The notes beneath the pieces were generated by a model, which searched no databases, was not told the origin of the DNA, and was given only the letters and a program-made list of their open reading frames with translations. This document shows, one piece after another, positions 48,201-60,765 of a stretch of 64,000 nt of DNA. A program made the translations under genes and the position numbers. Position 1 is the first letter of the stretch. Every line of letters starts with the position of its first letter. Source of the DNA: Macrostomum lignano (lineage: Eukaryota). The stretch covers positions 1 to 64,000 of the forward strand of contig NIVC01001542.1 in the NCBI GenBank assembly GCA_002269645.1, read 5' to 3'.

Positions 48201-51200
48201 AATCACTTTCCGACTACCGCAGGCGCAAGCAAAGTGCAAGGCACTTCTTCCGTTTCTGTTGACTTCATTGGCGCTCACTCCGGCCTTTATAATACTGGTC
48301 ATCTGCTCGATCAATTCTTTCTTGCTGACGCAACCTTCTGGCAAACTCTTCTTGGTTCCCTGACTTTCAATTAGCTTAATCACTTGATTCTGATCCTTCT
48401 GCGAAAAGGATTGCTTGATTCTCTCTATCTGCTGCTGCTTGGATTCATTTTCCCGCTTGGCTCTGTCTGGGTGTGACGAGGAGTTTTTGCTGCTCAGAAT
48501 GTGCAGCACGTTGTTGCCTTCACCGTCCTTCTCGCTAACTCGAATTCCCGCCTCCAGCAGCAAAGGAATCAAACTCAGGTGCGACTTCTGAGCTGCGATG
48601 TGAAGCGAATTCTGACCGCGAGCATTTTTATAGTTAATGTTGGGCCGCTGCTCGAGCAAAAACTTCAAAACCTCCTCTTGGCCGTTCAGGCAGGCAATGG
48701 TGAGGCAGTTCTCTCCGTCAGCTGTGCGGCTGCTGATCGACAACTGGCCTTTCAAGTACTCTTTGAGCAGGCTAACATTTCCCTGCTGACAGGCGTAGTG
48801 AGCAGCGCTCCACGAATTGTTATCAAACATTTCGGTCAAATTTACTCCCTTGCTGCTCAGCAGAGACAGAATTGAATTTCTGTTCAATTTAACACATAAT
48901 AGAACTGGTGAGGTCCCTGACTCGTCAAGCGCATTGGGATCGAGCCCTTTGCTGATGAGGAAGTCAATGACCGACTCATTGTTGTCACTTACTGCGAAGT
49001 GTAGAGCGGTCTTCATCGAGTTGTCGGTTCTGCTCAAGTTGCATCCCTGGCTGCAGAGAAAGCTGAGAAACTCCTCATTCTGCTTGGCTGCAGCCAGCAG
49101 GATTGGAGTGACTCCGTCGAGGTCGGCTTTGTCCAGCTCAGCACTGTGCTCGTGAAGCAGCTTCAGAATTTCCAACGATCCGTAATAGCATACAAAATGT
49201 GCTGGGGTTCTTCCTTTGTGCGTGACCGTGTTTATGTCTGCTCCTTTGCTGATCAGGAATTCGGCCATCGCAGGGTTCTTCTTAAAGCATGCAATCATCA
49301 GAGGAGTGATTCCCATCTTGTCCTCCTGGTCAATTCGGCAGCCAAACATGGCAAAGTAGCGAACGATTTTTGCATTACCGGTCTTCGCTGCCAGATGAAG
49401 AGCATTCTCACCGAGGAAATTTCTCCTGTTCACGTCGCCATTGATGGCACTGCTGATGATGGCGAGGGACTCGCTGCCCTGAGCTGCGCACAGCATGAAC
49501 GGTGTTGACCCGGTCTCGTCCTGTGTTTCGGTAGGACATGCGGCTTCCAGAAGGACCATTGCTGCATCATTGTCTGCTTTGGTGCAAGCAATGTGTAGTG
49601 CGCTCTGCAGTTTGTCATTGGTGGCTTGCAAATCCTTATCACCTTGCAAGGCCAAGTACTTTAAAATTTCGAGGTTACTAGTATGGATTAGACAAACAAG
49701 CAGGGGTGTGTTTCCTTCTTCATCAACGACACTTAAATCTGCACCATTCTTGTGCAAGTGTTTGACAATATCCAAACTGCCAGTGACCACTGCATAATGC
49801 AGAGCAGTCCGTCCCATCGTATCTCGGTGATTGATGTCACAAGCGTGTGGCGTATCGGTCAGATACTTCGCAGCATCGAAAGCTTTGTTCCTGACAGCCA
49901 TCATGAGCGGCGTCATCCCAGTGATGTCTGCTTCGTCCAGTGTCACGTTTTTCTGCCGCAAATACCTCAGCAGAGGTGCGTTGTTCGTCCCGGCGGCGTG
50001 AAAAGCAATGGTTTTGCCGTTCCGATCTTTTGTAGTAAGTTTGATGCCTGCTTCTGCCAGTAGGCGGACCATTGAGTATGAGTTTTTTCTAGCTGCAGCT
50101 AGAATGGCCGTTTCTCCTGTATGCAGATTGGGCGTTACCAAGTCTGCGTTTTTCTCTGCTAGAATCTGCAAAATTTCCTCAAGCTTGCAGCTTGCTGCCC
50201 TGAGAGCTGGAGTCACCCCTTTATGATTGCTGTGACTCGGATTGCAGCCTTTCTCCAGAAGAAACTCCACCACTTCAACAGGCCCTCTCTGACACGCTTC
50301 TAGTAGGGCAGTTTCTCCGTTTTTTGGGTCGATCTCATCAATGACCTCTGTGTTCTCAGCCAGGTATTTTAACACCTCAAGATTCTGCTTCATAGCAGCA
50401 ATGTGAGACAGCGGTCCCATCCTCTTGCTTGACTCGAGAGAGCAACCCTGCTCAACTAAGTAGCTAAAGAGTTCATATGTTCCATATAGAATTGCAAGTT
50501 GGACAGGTGTGTCTCCATCTTTATCTGCCTCGAACAGAGGAGCTCCTTTCTCACGAAGAAGCTTCAGAACTGTACAGTGTCCACTAATTATTGCGACTTT
50601 GACTATCTCTTCATTAGTTGTGACGTCACAGCCATTTTCCAGCATGTACTTCACCGTATCATAAAATCCATTTTGCACGGCTCCGCGTAGAGGGCTTCGT
50701 CCATCGGATGTTTTTTCATCGAATTTCACATCGAGCAACATGAGTATGTCGGTGTGACCAAGAAGGCCTGCAGCGGAGGCTACCATCTGCTTGCTGCTGT
50801 GAGTCACGTTGCAGCCACGATCTGTAAGCAACTTCACTACTTCTGACCAGTCTTCCTGCGTAGCCTTCAACATGATGTCTGTCAATTTCTGCTCATTCAA
50901 ATCTCGAATACAGGATTTCCGCATCTCAAGTTTTTCAGCAATTTTAATGTGTCCGTTGTACAAAGCATAGAACACAGCAGACCTACCGCCGATTTCTTTC
51001 TTGGAAACGTCAACTTCTTTTGAAAGCAAAGTATTGATGGTGGCTTCGTTTCCCTTCTGGCTGGCGCACATCAGAGGTGTGATGCCTTGCTTGTCACTCC
51101 GCTCTGGGTCGGCTCCTTTGCTCAGCAGAGTGTTGAACACATCTTGATGACCGCCCAGAGCTGCCATGTGCAGGCCTGTTCTGCCTTGATGGTCTGAGAC

Positions 51201-51305
51201 GTTTGGTTCAAGATTTTGCGTCAGATACTTGTATACAGTCCGATTGTCTCCTGCCTTAACTGAAGCAAAGAATATGTCTCTAGCGGCTGTTGGTGCAGCT
51301 GCCAT
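45290..51305 (-). CDS. Giant ankyrin-repeat protein copy 3 (~1772 aa, intact); exons 51305-46345, 46235-46065, 45476-45290
   Basis: 1721-codon ORF, likely ATG at 51305 (MAAAPTAARDIFF); continuous ankyrin repeats; two phase-2 GT-AG introns as in copies 1 and 2. Confidence 0.9.
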
Positions 51306-51933
51306 GACTCTGCTGTTGAAAGTTCTAGCAGCAAAATTGCTTAGATTACAAGCCGACTGCAGTCGGTTCAAACAATCGTCTTTAAACTGCCATCCTACGG
51401 AATTAAATAAAATACTATACAAGCTATGAAGGCAAGCAATGTGCACACAGTATTGTTCTGCTGTACAGATTAAATTGAAACACTGTATTCTAGGTGCAGT
51501 AATAGATGAACATTCACAAGTACAATGAGCCCAGCCAACCAGGGTAGAAATGGAAGTTCAGCTTTTTGATGCCTGTACAAGAGTACAGAGAGGGCTGTAC
51601 GGCAAGCAGAGTTGCAGCACTCTATCCCTTGTTTCTACCAGTGCGCACAGACGGAAACACAGCTGTGCGGAAAACTATGAGCTAAATTTATCTTTAGTGA
51701 TAAATAGCAAGATAAAAGCAATTGTACATGTATATATAAAATTTGCACTGAAATGTGTGGCAGTTAGAAACAAAATTAGCAAATGAACATTAAACAGTGT
51801 GATTAAAAATGACGTAAACATTTATCGCCGTGTGAAAATTACCAAAACTCGGTGTAATACAGTAGCGCATGCAGAAACTTTAACTGGTGGACGGCAACAC
51901 TTATAAAAGATGCGATTTAAAAATTCGACCTAT

Positions 51934-52070
51934 TGGTGGGCGTCCCCTGTCTCTTGGTGGGCGCCCCTGTCTCTTGGTGGGCGCGCTCTGTCTCTTGGTG
52001 GGCGCCCCTGTTTCTTGGTCCCCTGTCCCTTGGTGGACGTCTCTGTCTCTTGGTGGGCGTCCCTGTCTCC
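51934..52070. repeat. ~20-bp tandem repeat (ggtgggcgcccctgtctctt) x6-7
   Basis: Direct repetition upstream of ankyrin copy 3. Confidence 0.85.
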
Positions 52071-52495
52071 TTCACTTAGGTCCGGGAGGAATGCAAGTTT
52101 TACTTTTATGAAAGGGCCGTACCTTTGAGGGGACAATTATGAGGGGTAACCTCTTTTGGGTACGCCACAGGTGTTTCCTTACATTAAACTACTGATAATT
52201 GATTTTTATACTTTTATACGTTTTGTAGGCTGTAAACTAATCTGTAAAAATTCTACTGTAAGTAGGATATGCACACAGCAAAAGCTATTTTTTGAAACTC
52301 CGCACATTTTGTTGAAATTTTATCTACGTCTGATATGATGCGAGCCAGTCTCATCCAATCTCAAAAGGCGGATCTCGAGCAGCGATTTCCATTGGTTTTT
52401 AGCTTGTCATGCCTTCTCTATAAAACCCCTCTCTTATGAGCTTAAAATTTGATTAACACAATTCTAAAAACTCTTATCAGTTGAAAATATAAAAA

Positions 52496-53371
52496 ATGCA
52501 ACTGAAAATTATTAATTGGGTGTCGATTATTTTGATTGCCGTCTGCCTGCTCGGCTCGTCTGTCTGCCTGGACAGAGCTGCCGCCGGCATCATTTCCGGG
52601 ATCGAATTCGACTTACTTCGACGCGCTTGTCCAGCGTCCGACATCGCGGCCGGAGTTGCTAGCTGGACGGCCCGGCAGAGCCACCTGATGCTGTGCCTCG
52701 GCCAGTGCGCCGCGACCGCCGACTCCACATCGGCGCCGGGATGCTCGGCTGCCATCTACCGCGACTCCGACGGTCTCTGCGGCCTGTTGAACTCGAGCCA
52801 GCTGGCCAGCCTGCTCGCTGCCAAGACTGCCGCCGAAGTGTCCTCCACGGGATGTCCTGGACGGCAGGTCTGGGTGGCCAGTGCCAAGCCTGAAAATATG
52901 ACAACTGTTGAAGCTACAACCACTGCGGTTGGTACTACAGAGTCGAGTACCACTGCAGTCAGCAGCACCACTGCAGTCAGGACCATCACTGCGCTATCTG
53001 GGGCCAGTAAGTCAGAGGTTGAGGCTCTGGCATGATTGTCATTATATTGCTCACCAATCTATATAATTTATTCCATGCAATGCTTTGCAGCTTACATTGG
53101 ATGCTATGCAGACAGCAGTTCGAAACTCGATTTGGACAAGGATTACAAAACCTCGGCTTTAATGTCCCGTCTCGTGTGCCTGAGCTACTGCCGATCTGGC
53201 AAGAAGTCGTACAAGTACTTCGGCTTGCAAAACAGCAAAGATTGCTACTGCGACCAGAACTATGGACGTCACGGATCTGTTCCCGAGACCGACTGCCGGC
53301 TCCCGTGCAGCGGCAATCCCGCCGAAATCTGCGGCGGTAGGTCGCAGAATTCGGTGTACAGCATCCCGTGA
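52496..53371 (+). CDS. Secreted protein: signal peptide, PAN/apple-like Cys domain, Thr-rich linker and WSC domain (~263 aa); exons 52496-53006, 53091-53371
   Basis: Hydrophobic N-terminus; CLGQC...C.AAIY....LCGLLN; phase-1 GT-AG intron; YIGCY.D...CLSYC...YFGLQNSKDCYC...C..PCSGNPAEICGG is a WSC signature. Confidence 0.88.
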
Positions 53372-53553
53372 TGTCACGGTGCGAATCAACGTTTTTTCTG
53401 AGAATTCAAAAATCGAAAAAGATATCAAAAATGTAAAACACAGAAATTTTAATTCGGTAACTTTGTTTGCGTTAGAAACCTATTTGATAGCTATCTGCGT
53501 CTCTTCTTTCTTTGTAGGATCTATCCTATTTATAAAAAATTCAGAAATTCAAA

Positions 53554-53815
53554 GGGAGTCGTAGTCTGGTGGTCAGAGCATCAGACTGGCGACTTGAATG
53601 TAAAATTTGTGTTTTTGAGCAAGACAAGATACGAGCATTGCTTCAGTTCACCCAGCTGTAAAATGGGTTGCCAGCATTAGCTGGGGTAATTGAAGGTGTG
53701 TGGCGACCCCCCAGTCCTTGGACTGAACAGCCGTACGCAGCCTTCAGATGCTCCGCGCAAATTGCTGCGGCTGAGCTGTCGGTAGCAAATCTGCCCATTG
53801 GGGCAGGTGTAATCA
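53554..53815 (+). mobile_element. SINE family 1 copy (plus strand, near full length)
   Basis: gggagtcgtagtctggtggtcagagcatcagactggcgac head, ttgagcaagaca...gcattgcttcagttcacccagctgtaaaatgggt body and shared 3' region. Confidence 0.8.
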
Positions 53816-54448
53816 AATAAATTATTAATATTCTTTTACATTCTCATTGAAGAATCGGACCTGTCGAGGGACATTGGGATGGTCAGTTGACCCCCTTGAC
53901 TCCCCTGTGTAGCTGGCATAACGGACTGTTAAGATGGATGTCTGGATAAATTATTTGAAAAATAAAACTGCCTCAGTTAGTGTTGAACAACTTTATTTTG
54001 CGTAAAACAAAACACACTTAGTCAAGTTTTTGTGTCACTCAAATGTATCTTCAGCAGAGAAGGCAATTCTCTCTTCAAGCAAATCTCCATAGAAACGGCA
54101 GATCAACATGCATGTAAAGTTTTTTTTAATTTCCGTTTGTTATACAAAGATTTATTATCTGAAACATTTTACCGCAAAGTTTGTTTAACATTTAATTTCC
54201 CTGGTTCAACAGCATGTTTCAACCTCAGAAACTTCACGGCTATGGGAAAAAGGAAGTTTGCTGTAAAACAAGTTTGTTCAACACTCTTCCTTTGTTATAA
54301 TTTTTGGAAGCCTCTTTCCACAGAAATTGACAAGAGATTTATCGATTATTTTATAGATAGCAGCACTACAAGTTTTGAGACTGTGAGAAAGAAACTGCGA
54401 TTAAAAAACTTGCTTTTATCACTTAGTTGCTTTGATCAGCTGCATGTA

Positions 54449-55128
54449 AGCTGACTGAAGAGAGGGTGAAGCTGACTGAGGAGAGGGTGAGGCTGACTGA
54501 GGGGAGGGTGAAGCTGACTGAAGAGAGGGTGAAGCTGACTGAGGAGAGGGTGAGGCTGACTGAGGGGAGGGTGAAGCTGACTGAAGAGAGGGTGAAGCTG
54601 ACTGAGGGGAGGGTGGAGCTGACTGAGGAGAGGGTGAAGCTGACTGAGAAGAGGGTGAAGCTGACTGAGGGGAGGGTGAAGCTGACTGAGGGGAGGGTGG
54701 AGCTGACTAAGGGGAGGGTGAAGCTGACTGAGGGGAGGGTGAAGCTGACTGAGGGGAGGGTGGAGCTGACTGAGGGGAGGGTGGAGCTGACTGAGGAGAG
54801 GGTGAAGCTGGCTAAGGGGAGGGTGAAGCTGACTGAGGAGAGGGTGAAGCTAACTGAGGGGAGGGTGAAGCTGACTGAGGAGAGGGTGAAGCTGACTGAG
54901 GGGAGGGTGAAGCTAACTGAGGAGAGGGTGAAGCTGGCTAAGGGGAGGGTGAAGCTGACTGAAGGCAGAGTAAAGCTAACTGAGGAGAGGGTGAAGCTGA
55001 CTGAAAGGAGGGTGAAGCTGACTGAGGAGAGGGTGAAGCTGACTGAGGAGAGGCTGAAGCTGACTGAAGGGATGGTGAAGCTGACTGAGGAGAGGCTGAA
55101 GATGACTGAGGAGAGGGTAAAGCTAACT
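54449..55128. repeat. 21-bp purine-rich minisatellite (gtgaagctgactgaggagagg), ~32 copies
   Basis: Direct tandem repetition. Confidence 0.95.
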
Positions 55129-55388
55129 TTAGAGTTGGGTAAAGGTAGATAGATGTACGTACAAGCGTATTTAATCGTGAGCTAAAATAATTTAACTGGA
55201 TGGAGTTATTTGATGTCTATGGAAGTTAAAAATAAAATAGAATTAGCAAGCTTATTTAGCTCAAAAATTATAACAGAGTAAAGAGCCACAGTGCAGTTGC
55301 ACTTCAGGTAATCACACATACGAGTATACCCTGATATACACATGATTTTTGCTTTATGTTCTTCGTACTGACTGCGTCAAAGCAGACC

Positions 55389-56558
55389 ATGACGGAATCC
55401 TTCCAAGAAGTGTTTGTTTTGTTTGTCGTAATATTAGCGGGTTTTGGTATCAACGTATCAGGTAAGTTGTGTTTGAGTTGCGTATACACTGACCGAAGTT
55501 ACTGCTGAAGTTCCCGAGTGTTGACGGCACTACAACAGCCAACTCTTCCACACAGCTCTGACGCACTCAGCAGACTCTGGCGACGGCTTTGTGGTGATCA
55601 ACGACGAGCAAGACTTTCTCGTGAAAATCGGCCGTGCAAGTGTCGACTGCGACTACGGCGTTCGCGACCCGTACGAAGTCTGGGCGCGAGCCGTTGACAT
55701 TGTGATGTGTCCGAAGACGTCTAGGTGCGCCGAATTAGAAGGGCCATCAGTTTTTGGCGATGGTAGATACGTGGTGAGTGGCTGTGTGGAGAGGTGATGC
55801 TATAGATGACGGGTCATGAATGTGCAGATCAGAGGTGATGCTCTGAATGACAGCTCAAAGGTCTGGAGATTAGAGGTGGATGCTCTGTAGGATAGCTCAA
55901 AGGTCTGGAGATTAGATGTGATGCTCTGTAGGATAGCTCAAAGGTCTGGAGATCAGAGGTGATGCTCTGTAGGATAGCTCAAAGGTCTGGAGATCAGATG
56001 TGATGAAGGCCGTTGCAAAATAATGTCCGTTATTGTCTTTTGTTAGGAATTCAAGAGGCGTTAAGAGATGAAAATATTCGAAAGACAATTTGGGAATTGT
56101 GGGTACTCTTTGAAAAATCGAAGCATTATAATATTATGTAAAATTTAACATAGGACGAGTTAAAATGTTTCTTTAAACTTCTTTTCCTGCAGAGCTACAA
56201 GGCCGGCTGCGAGGATATTTGTCCTAAACAGCTTCCACCGGGCTACAAATGCCGGCTGTGCCATGCGAGCTTTTGCAATCTGAAGCTGCAGGGTGAGATA
56301 GTTAATAATACGCTGCGGTGTCTCAGCAACCTCGTGCAGCCCTATCGGATGGAGAGCGCCGTGGCGTACTTTTGCAGTCGAGATGTGCAGTACTGCTACC
56401 TGAGACTGGCGGCCACCGTAGGTTGGATGGACGGATGGATGGATGGATGGACGGATGGATGGATGGATGGACGGATGGATGGATGGATGAATGGACGGAT
56501 GGATGGATGGATGGATGGACGGATGGATGGATGGATGAATGGATGGATGGATGGATGA

Positions 56559-56590
<32 letters not shown>

Positions 56591-56602
56591 ATGGATGGAT
56601 GA

Positions 56603-56634
<32 letters not shown>

Positions 56635-56876
56635 ATGGATGGATGGATGGATGGATGGATGAATGGATGGATGAATGGACGGATGGATGGATGAATGGAC
56701 GGATGGACGGATGGATGGATGGATGAATGGACGGATGGACGGATGGATGAATGGACGGATGGATGGATGGATGAATGGATGGACGGATGGATGGATGGAT
56801 GAATGGATGAATGAATGGATGGATGGATGGATGAATGGATAGATAAATGGATGAATGGACGGATGGATGGATGGAT

Positions 56877-56909
<33 letters not shown>

Positions 56910-57094
56910 AATGGATGGATAAATGGATGAATGGATGGATGGATGAATGGATGAATGAATGGATGAATGGATGGATGAATGGATGGATAAATGGATGAAT
57001 GGATGGATGGATGAATGAATGGATGGATGAATGAATGGATGGATGAATGGATGGATAAATGGATGAATGGATGGATGGATGAATGGATGGATGG

Positions 57095-57130
<36 letters not shown>

Positions 57131-57877
57131 ATGGATGGATGAATGAATGGATGAATGAATGGATGAATGGATGGACGGATGGATGGATGAATGGATGGAT
57201 GAATGGACGGATGGATGGATGAATGGATGGATGGATGAATGGATGGATGGATGGATGGATGGACGGATGGATGGATGAATGGATGGATGGATAGATGGAT
57301 TGGATGGATGGATGGATGGATAGATGGATTGGATGGATGGATGGATCAATCGCGAGTTTAATTAATTAATTGTCAAAGTCTACTAGTAAAAATCGATTAA
57401 TTGATTGATTGATACTCGGATTGTGTGCACTTGCGCGCCTAAGAATTAGCTCTCATACCGCGCACCAACTTGCAGAAGGACCGAATACTTGGCGGCTGTT
57501 ACCAGAGCAGCGACAAGAAACGGCTGTGCGAAGGTCCGGACGGAACCGGTGCCTGCGAATTCTGCTCTACGAACGAGTGCAACAAGCCGTCCGGTCGAAT
57601 TCTGCGCGAACTGCAGGCTCATCAGGCTGCAGGCAGGGGCCATGGCCCGTCTGCAGGCTCAAATGCGGGTCCAGCAAATCATGCATCTGGTTCCACCGGT
57701 TTCCAGCCGATCCCTCAAGAACCAACAAAGCCGCCAGAACCCATTGACTTGACGCTGTACATGGATCCAGATCTGAGCTTTGCCCCAGAAGAAGTAACTC
57801 AGGCGGCTGTAGCCACTGGCGGATCGCCTCGAAGCGTTCTGGTTGTTGCTACAATCTTGTTAAGTCGGTGCCTCTGA
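55389..57877 (+). CDS. Three-finger/Ly6-uPAR-like (DUF753-like) protein with two 8-Cys domains, signal peptide and probable GPI signal (~305 aa); exons 55389-55461, 55556-55773, 56193-56417, 57476-57877
   Basis: [25 protein letters not shown] signal; phase-consistent GT-AG junctions (1,0,0); domains end in [10 protein letters not shown] and [10 protein letters not shown]; hydrophobic tail [14 protein letters not shown]. Confidence 0.75.
55795..56005. repeat. ~41-bp intronic tandem repeat x~5
   Basis: gtgatgctctgtaggatagctcaaaggtctggagatcagag repeated. Confidence 0.85.
56424..57348. repeat. (GGAT/GAAT/GGAC)n tetranucleotide microsatellite filling an intron
   Basis: Direct repetition between donor 56418 and acceptor 57475. 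Confidence 0.97.
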
Positions 57878-58501
57878 TCTGATCGCGCTATATATGAACC
57901 GCTACATCACTATAGGCTTAAACTACACAGTACACTTGCTTAGTATACGTTTAAATCTCGTAAAGAAGGACTAAAAATGCATTCATAGCATGCATGTACA
58001 GTGGCAGAAGATTGGCGTCTTGACGGCCTCTCTAATCTAGACTATATTTATAAGCATTTAGCTTACCTCGAGATTATTTATTATTCTGGTAATTCAACTT
58101 AAAATGCTTATGTTGCGCACGCGTACCTTGATATGCATTCAGCAAGCCAAAACTTTGAGAATACTCAAAAATAATTGCTAAAGTATATGTACCCAAGGAT
58201 TGTTTTTAGGCTTGCGGGAAAACTTTTTTGAATCACATCCCTAAACCGGTATACTAAGAGTACATGTATACGGTTACTGTGATGTACGTTATAAAACTTA
58301 CATGTGGAAATGTTGATCAAGTCTGAATCAACGGACACCAAAAACGTAAAATAGTAATTTTTATTTAAAATTCTTGTGTCTGCAAACGACTGATATGCAT
58401 GTTTGGAGAGAAAAAAATCATGTAATATATACATACTTTGCATGCATGACAAGAGAATTTCCTTTCGGACAATGTATTCATTATGTAGATTCATGATACA
58501 T

Positions 58502-58502
<1 letters not shown>

Positions 58503-58561
<59 letters not shown>

Positions 58562-58705
58562 TTAAATGAATATTAATATAAAATAATTGATAATGCCTGC
58601 CCATGGAGAAGATGTTAAACCCCGACGGCTTAGCCGCAGCTATTGCGCAACGCATCTGAAGGCTGCGTACGGCTGTTCAGTCCAAGGACTGGGGCCGGTC
58701 TAAGG
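58503..58705 (-). mobile_element. 3' fragment of SINE family 1 with an (ATT)n tail
   Basis: cttagccgcagctattgcgc..cgcatctgaaggctgcgtacggctgttcagtccaaggactggg matches other copies; (taa)n at 58503-58561 lies at the element's 3' end. Confidence 0.75.
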
Positions 58706-59697
58706 TACCCCACTAGTAAAGGCTATGTACAGCCTACAAGGTCCCATTAGGCCATAGTTAGCTTGAATTTGTCTTATAAGTCCAATTGAGGTGCACAGAT
58801 ATTATGAACCGATCGTATTACTAGTACTAAAGCTAAAATTGAAAATTCGGCAGCGTTTACAGTGTCTTTTCTTAGATACTGCACACTTCTACATAACACT
58901 TTTGTTATAGTTATGAGGCTTTTTAGATAAAATCCGTGGGAACTGCACGAACGAACTCGAATTCGTTGGCAGCTTTTATACAGACCCTGTGAACTGCACG
59001 AACGAACTCGAATTTAATATTTGGCGGCCGGTCCGCAAGTAGTTCAACTCAAACAACTTAGGCTAAGTCCTAAGAGTTGCATCTTGAGGATTTTTTATAT
59101 TAAACCAACCAAGTCTATATTGTAGTTGACATAATTTTTGCTTCACTTCAAAATTGCTTCATTTCATGGTAGGCTTAGGCTAGGTGCATAGCTTGGCTGA
59201 GAACCAGTTATTTTGGTGACAGTTCAGTGACAGTCACTTCTATGCCTGCCCTGGCTTTTGCTTTTTTGCCTTTTGAAATTATTAATTACGGGGTTAAGGG
59301 CATAAGCTTTAGACCAATAGCAATGGTTAGACCTATGCAGGCCTAATGGAATGGGCTAGGTTTTTTTGTCACCCTAGCGCCTAGACAAGGTGCAAAATTG
59401 CTTGCACCTTATGCCTAATTTTAACTTTCAAGGTGCAATTTTAAGGTTCAGAGTGCAATTTCTCTTTTTTCTTGTTTTTTTTCTTTTTTTAAAATAGACC
59501 TAGTGCAAGTGAGGCTTAAAAGGAAAAAAGGTTATGTTATGAGACTACACCTAAAGTAAACCATACACTTTTTCAATTTTAGGGTGTGATTTCAAAATTT
59601 AGAGTGCCTACATACTGTGCACAAAAACCTAGCTAGGCCCTAGGCCTAATGTTTACAATTTACAAATGGCCTTGTTTCATTATCCTGACCTAAGCTA

Positions 59698-60168
59698 CCA
59701 TAGCTGGGAAGGTGGCAGTTTTTGGTGAATTTTCCAGCGCAAATTGGCCCTTTTTTTTGGCACACACAGCGCACACAGGGTACAAGGAAAAATTGGAAAT
59801 GCTCTGGTGGCGCACATGGCGCATGGTGCTGAAAAAATATATAGTTACACTTCGTTATACTTAGCAAAATATATAGTGTCAGGCCTAATTCCATAATTTA
59901 AAATAAAATATTATACTATCAAAGAGTACTAAAATTAGGTAAATCATGATATAAAATATGTAAATGAAATTCAAATTTGTCTACCATAAATTCACATTTG
60001 TTTACCAGTGAATTATTAATTACCTTACCTTGGCTTACCTTACCTTAGACTTACCTTATCATGGCGCGCTGCGGCGCACAATATATTTTCTTCACGGCGC
60101 ACGGCACACAGTGCTCAAAAGCCATCAAAATAGTTCCGGCGCACACTATGCCACCTTCCCAACTATGG
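59698..60168. mobile_element. MITE with 20-bp TIR and perfect 8-bp TSD
   Basis: ccatagctgggaaggtggca / tgccaccttcccaactatgg; TSD ctaagcta at 59690-59697 and 60169-60176 (8-bp TSD fits hAT, P or Merlin). Confidence 0.9.
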
Positions 60169-60296
60169 CTAAGCTATACTTTTATAGTTATAAGATATAT
60201 TAAATTTAGTTTCAAATTATATAGGCCTATGACTGACTAGTCTGACTTCTAAGTTCTAAAGTTTAAGTAAGCCCATATGGCAAATAAAGTGAATAC

Positions 60297-60703
60297 TAGA
60301 GGTCAGATAGGATCTTGATCCCAAACCCAAAATCTTAGGATCCTGAGGAAAATTGGATTCCTGTGGGACTAGAATCTTGACCTTAAAAAACAAGAATTGA
60401 AAACAGGTCTTTTGATTAAAAATTTATAGAATTAGTGATTACTTAAAAGTATTTTGTTTTATCTTGTACTCATTACATTATTACTTTGTTGGTTACAAAA
60501 CTTTGCATCAATTTTGTTGTGTTTTACTTTTTGATCTTGACATTTTTTGCTTAAATTTGTTTAACTTTTTTGGGCCTATGAGCTACAATACACTAAAGGA
60601 CCTGATCCCCACTCCTGAATCTTGATCCCAATCCCAATCCCAAGAAAAAAATTATTCCCTATCCCAATCTTGCCCAAAAAAAATTTATCCTTTCTGACCT
60701 CTA
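60297..60703. mobile_element. hAT-type MITE
   Basis: TIR tagaggtcagatagga / tcctttctgacctcta; TSD gtgaatac vs gtgaatat. Confidence 0.8.
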
Positions 60704-60765
60704 GTGAATATAGTCAAAGTTGTCATTCAAAATAATTGTATAATAATATCATGATCAATGATTTG

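Noticed and set aside
54466-55152. VKLTEER heptad coiled-coil ORF
   Set aside because: Pure 21-bp minisatellite with no ATG start or unique flanking coding sequence; cannot be fully excluded without RNA data.
56318-57349. HPSI / MDGW repeat ORFs
   Set aside because: Translation of the intronic (GGAT)n microsatellite.
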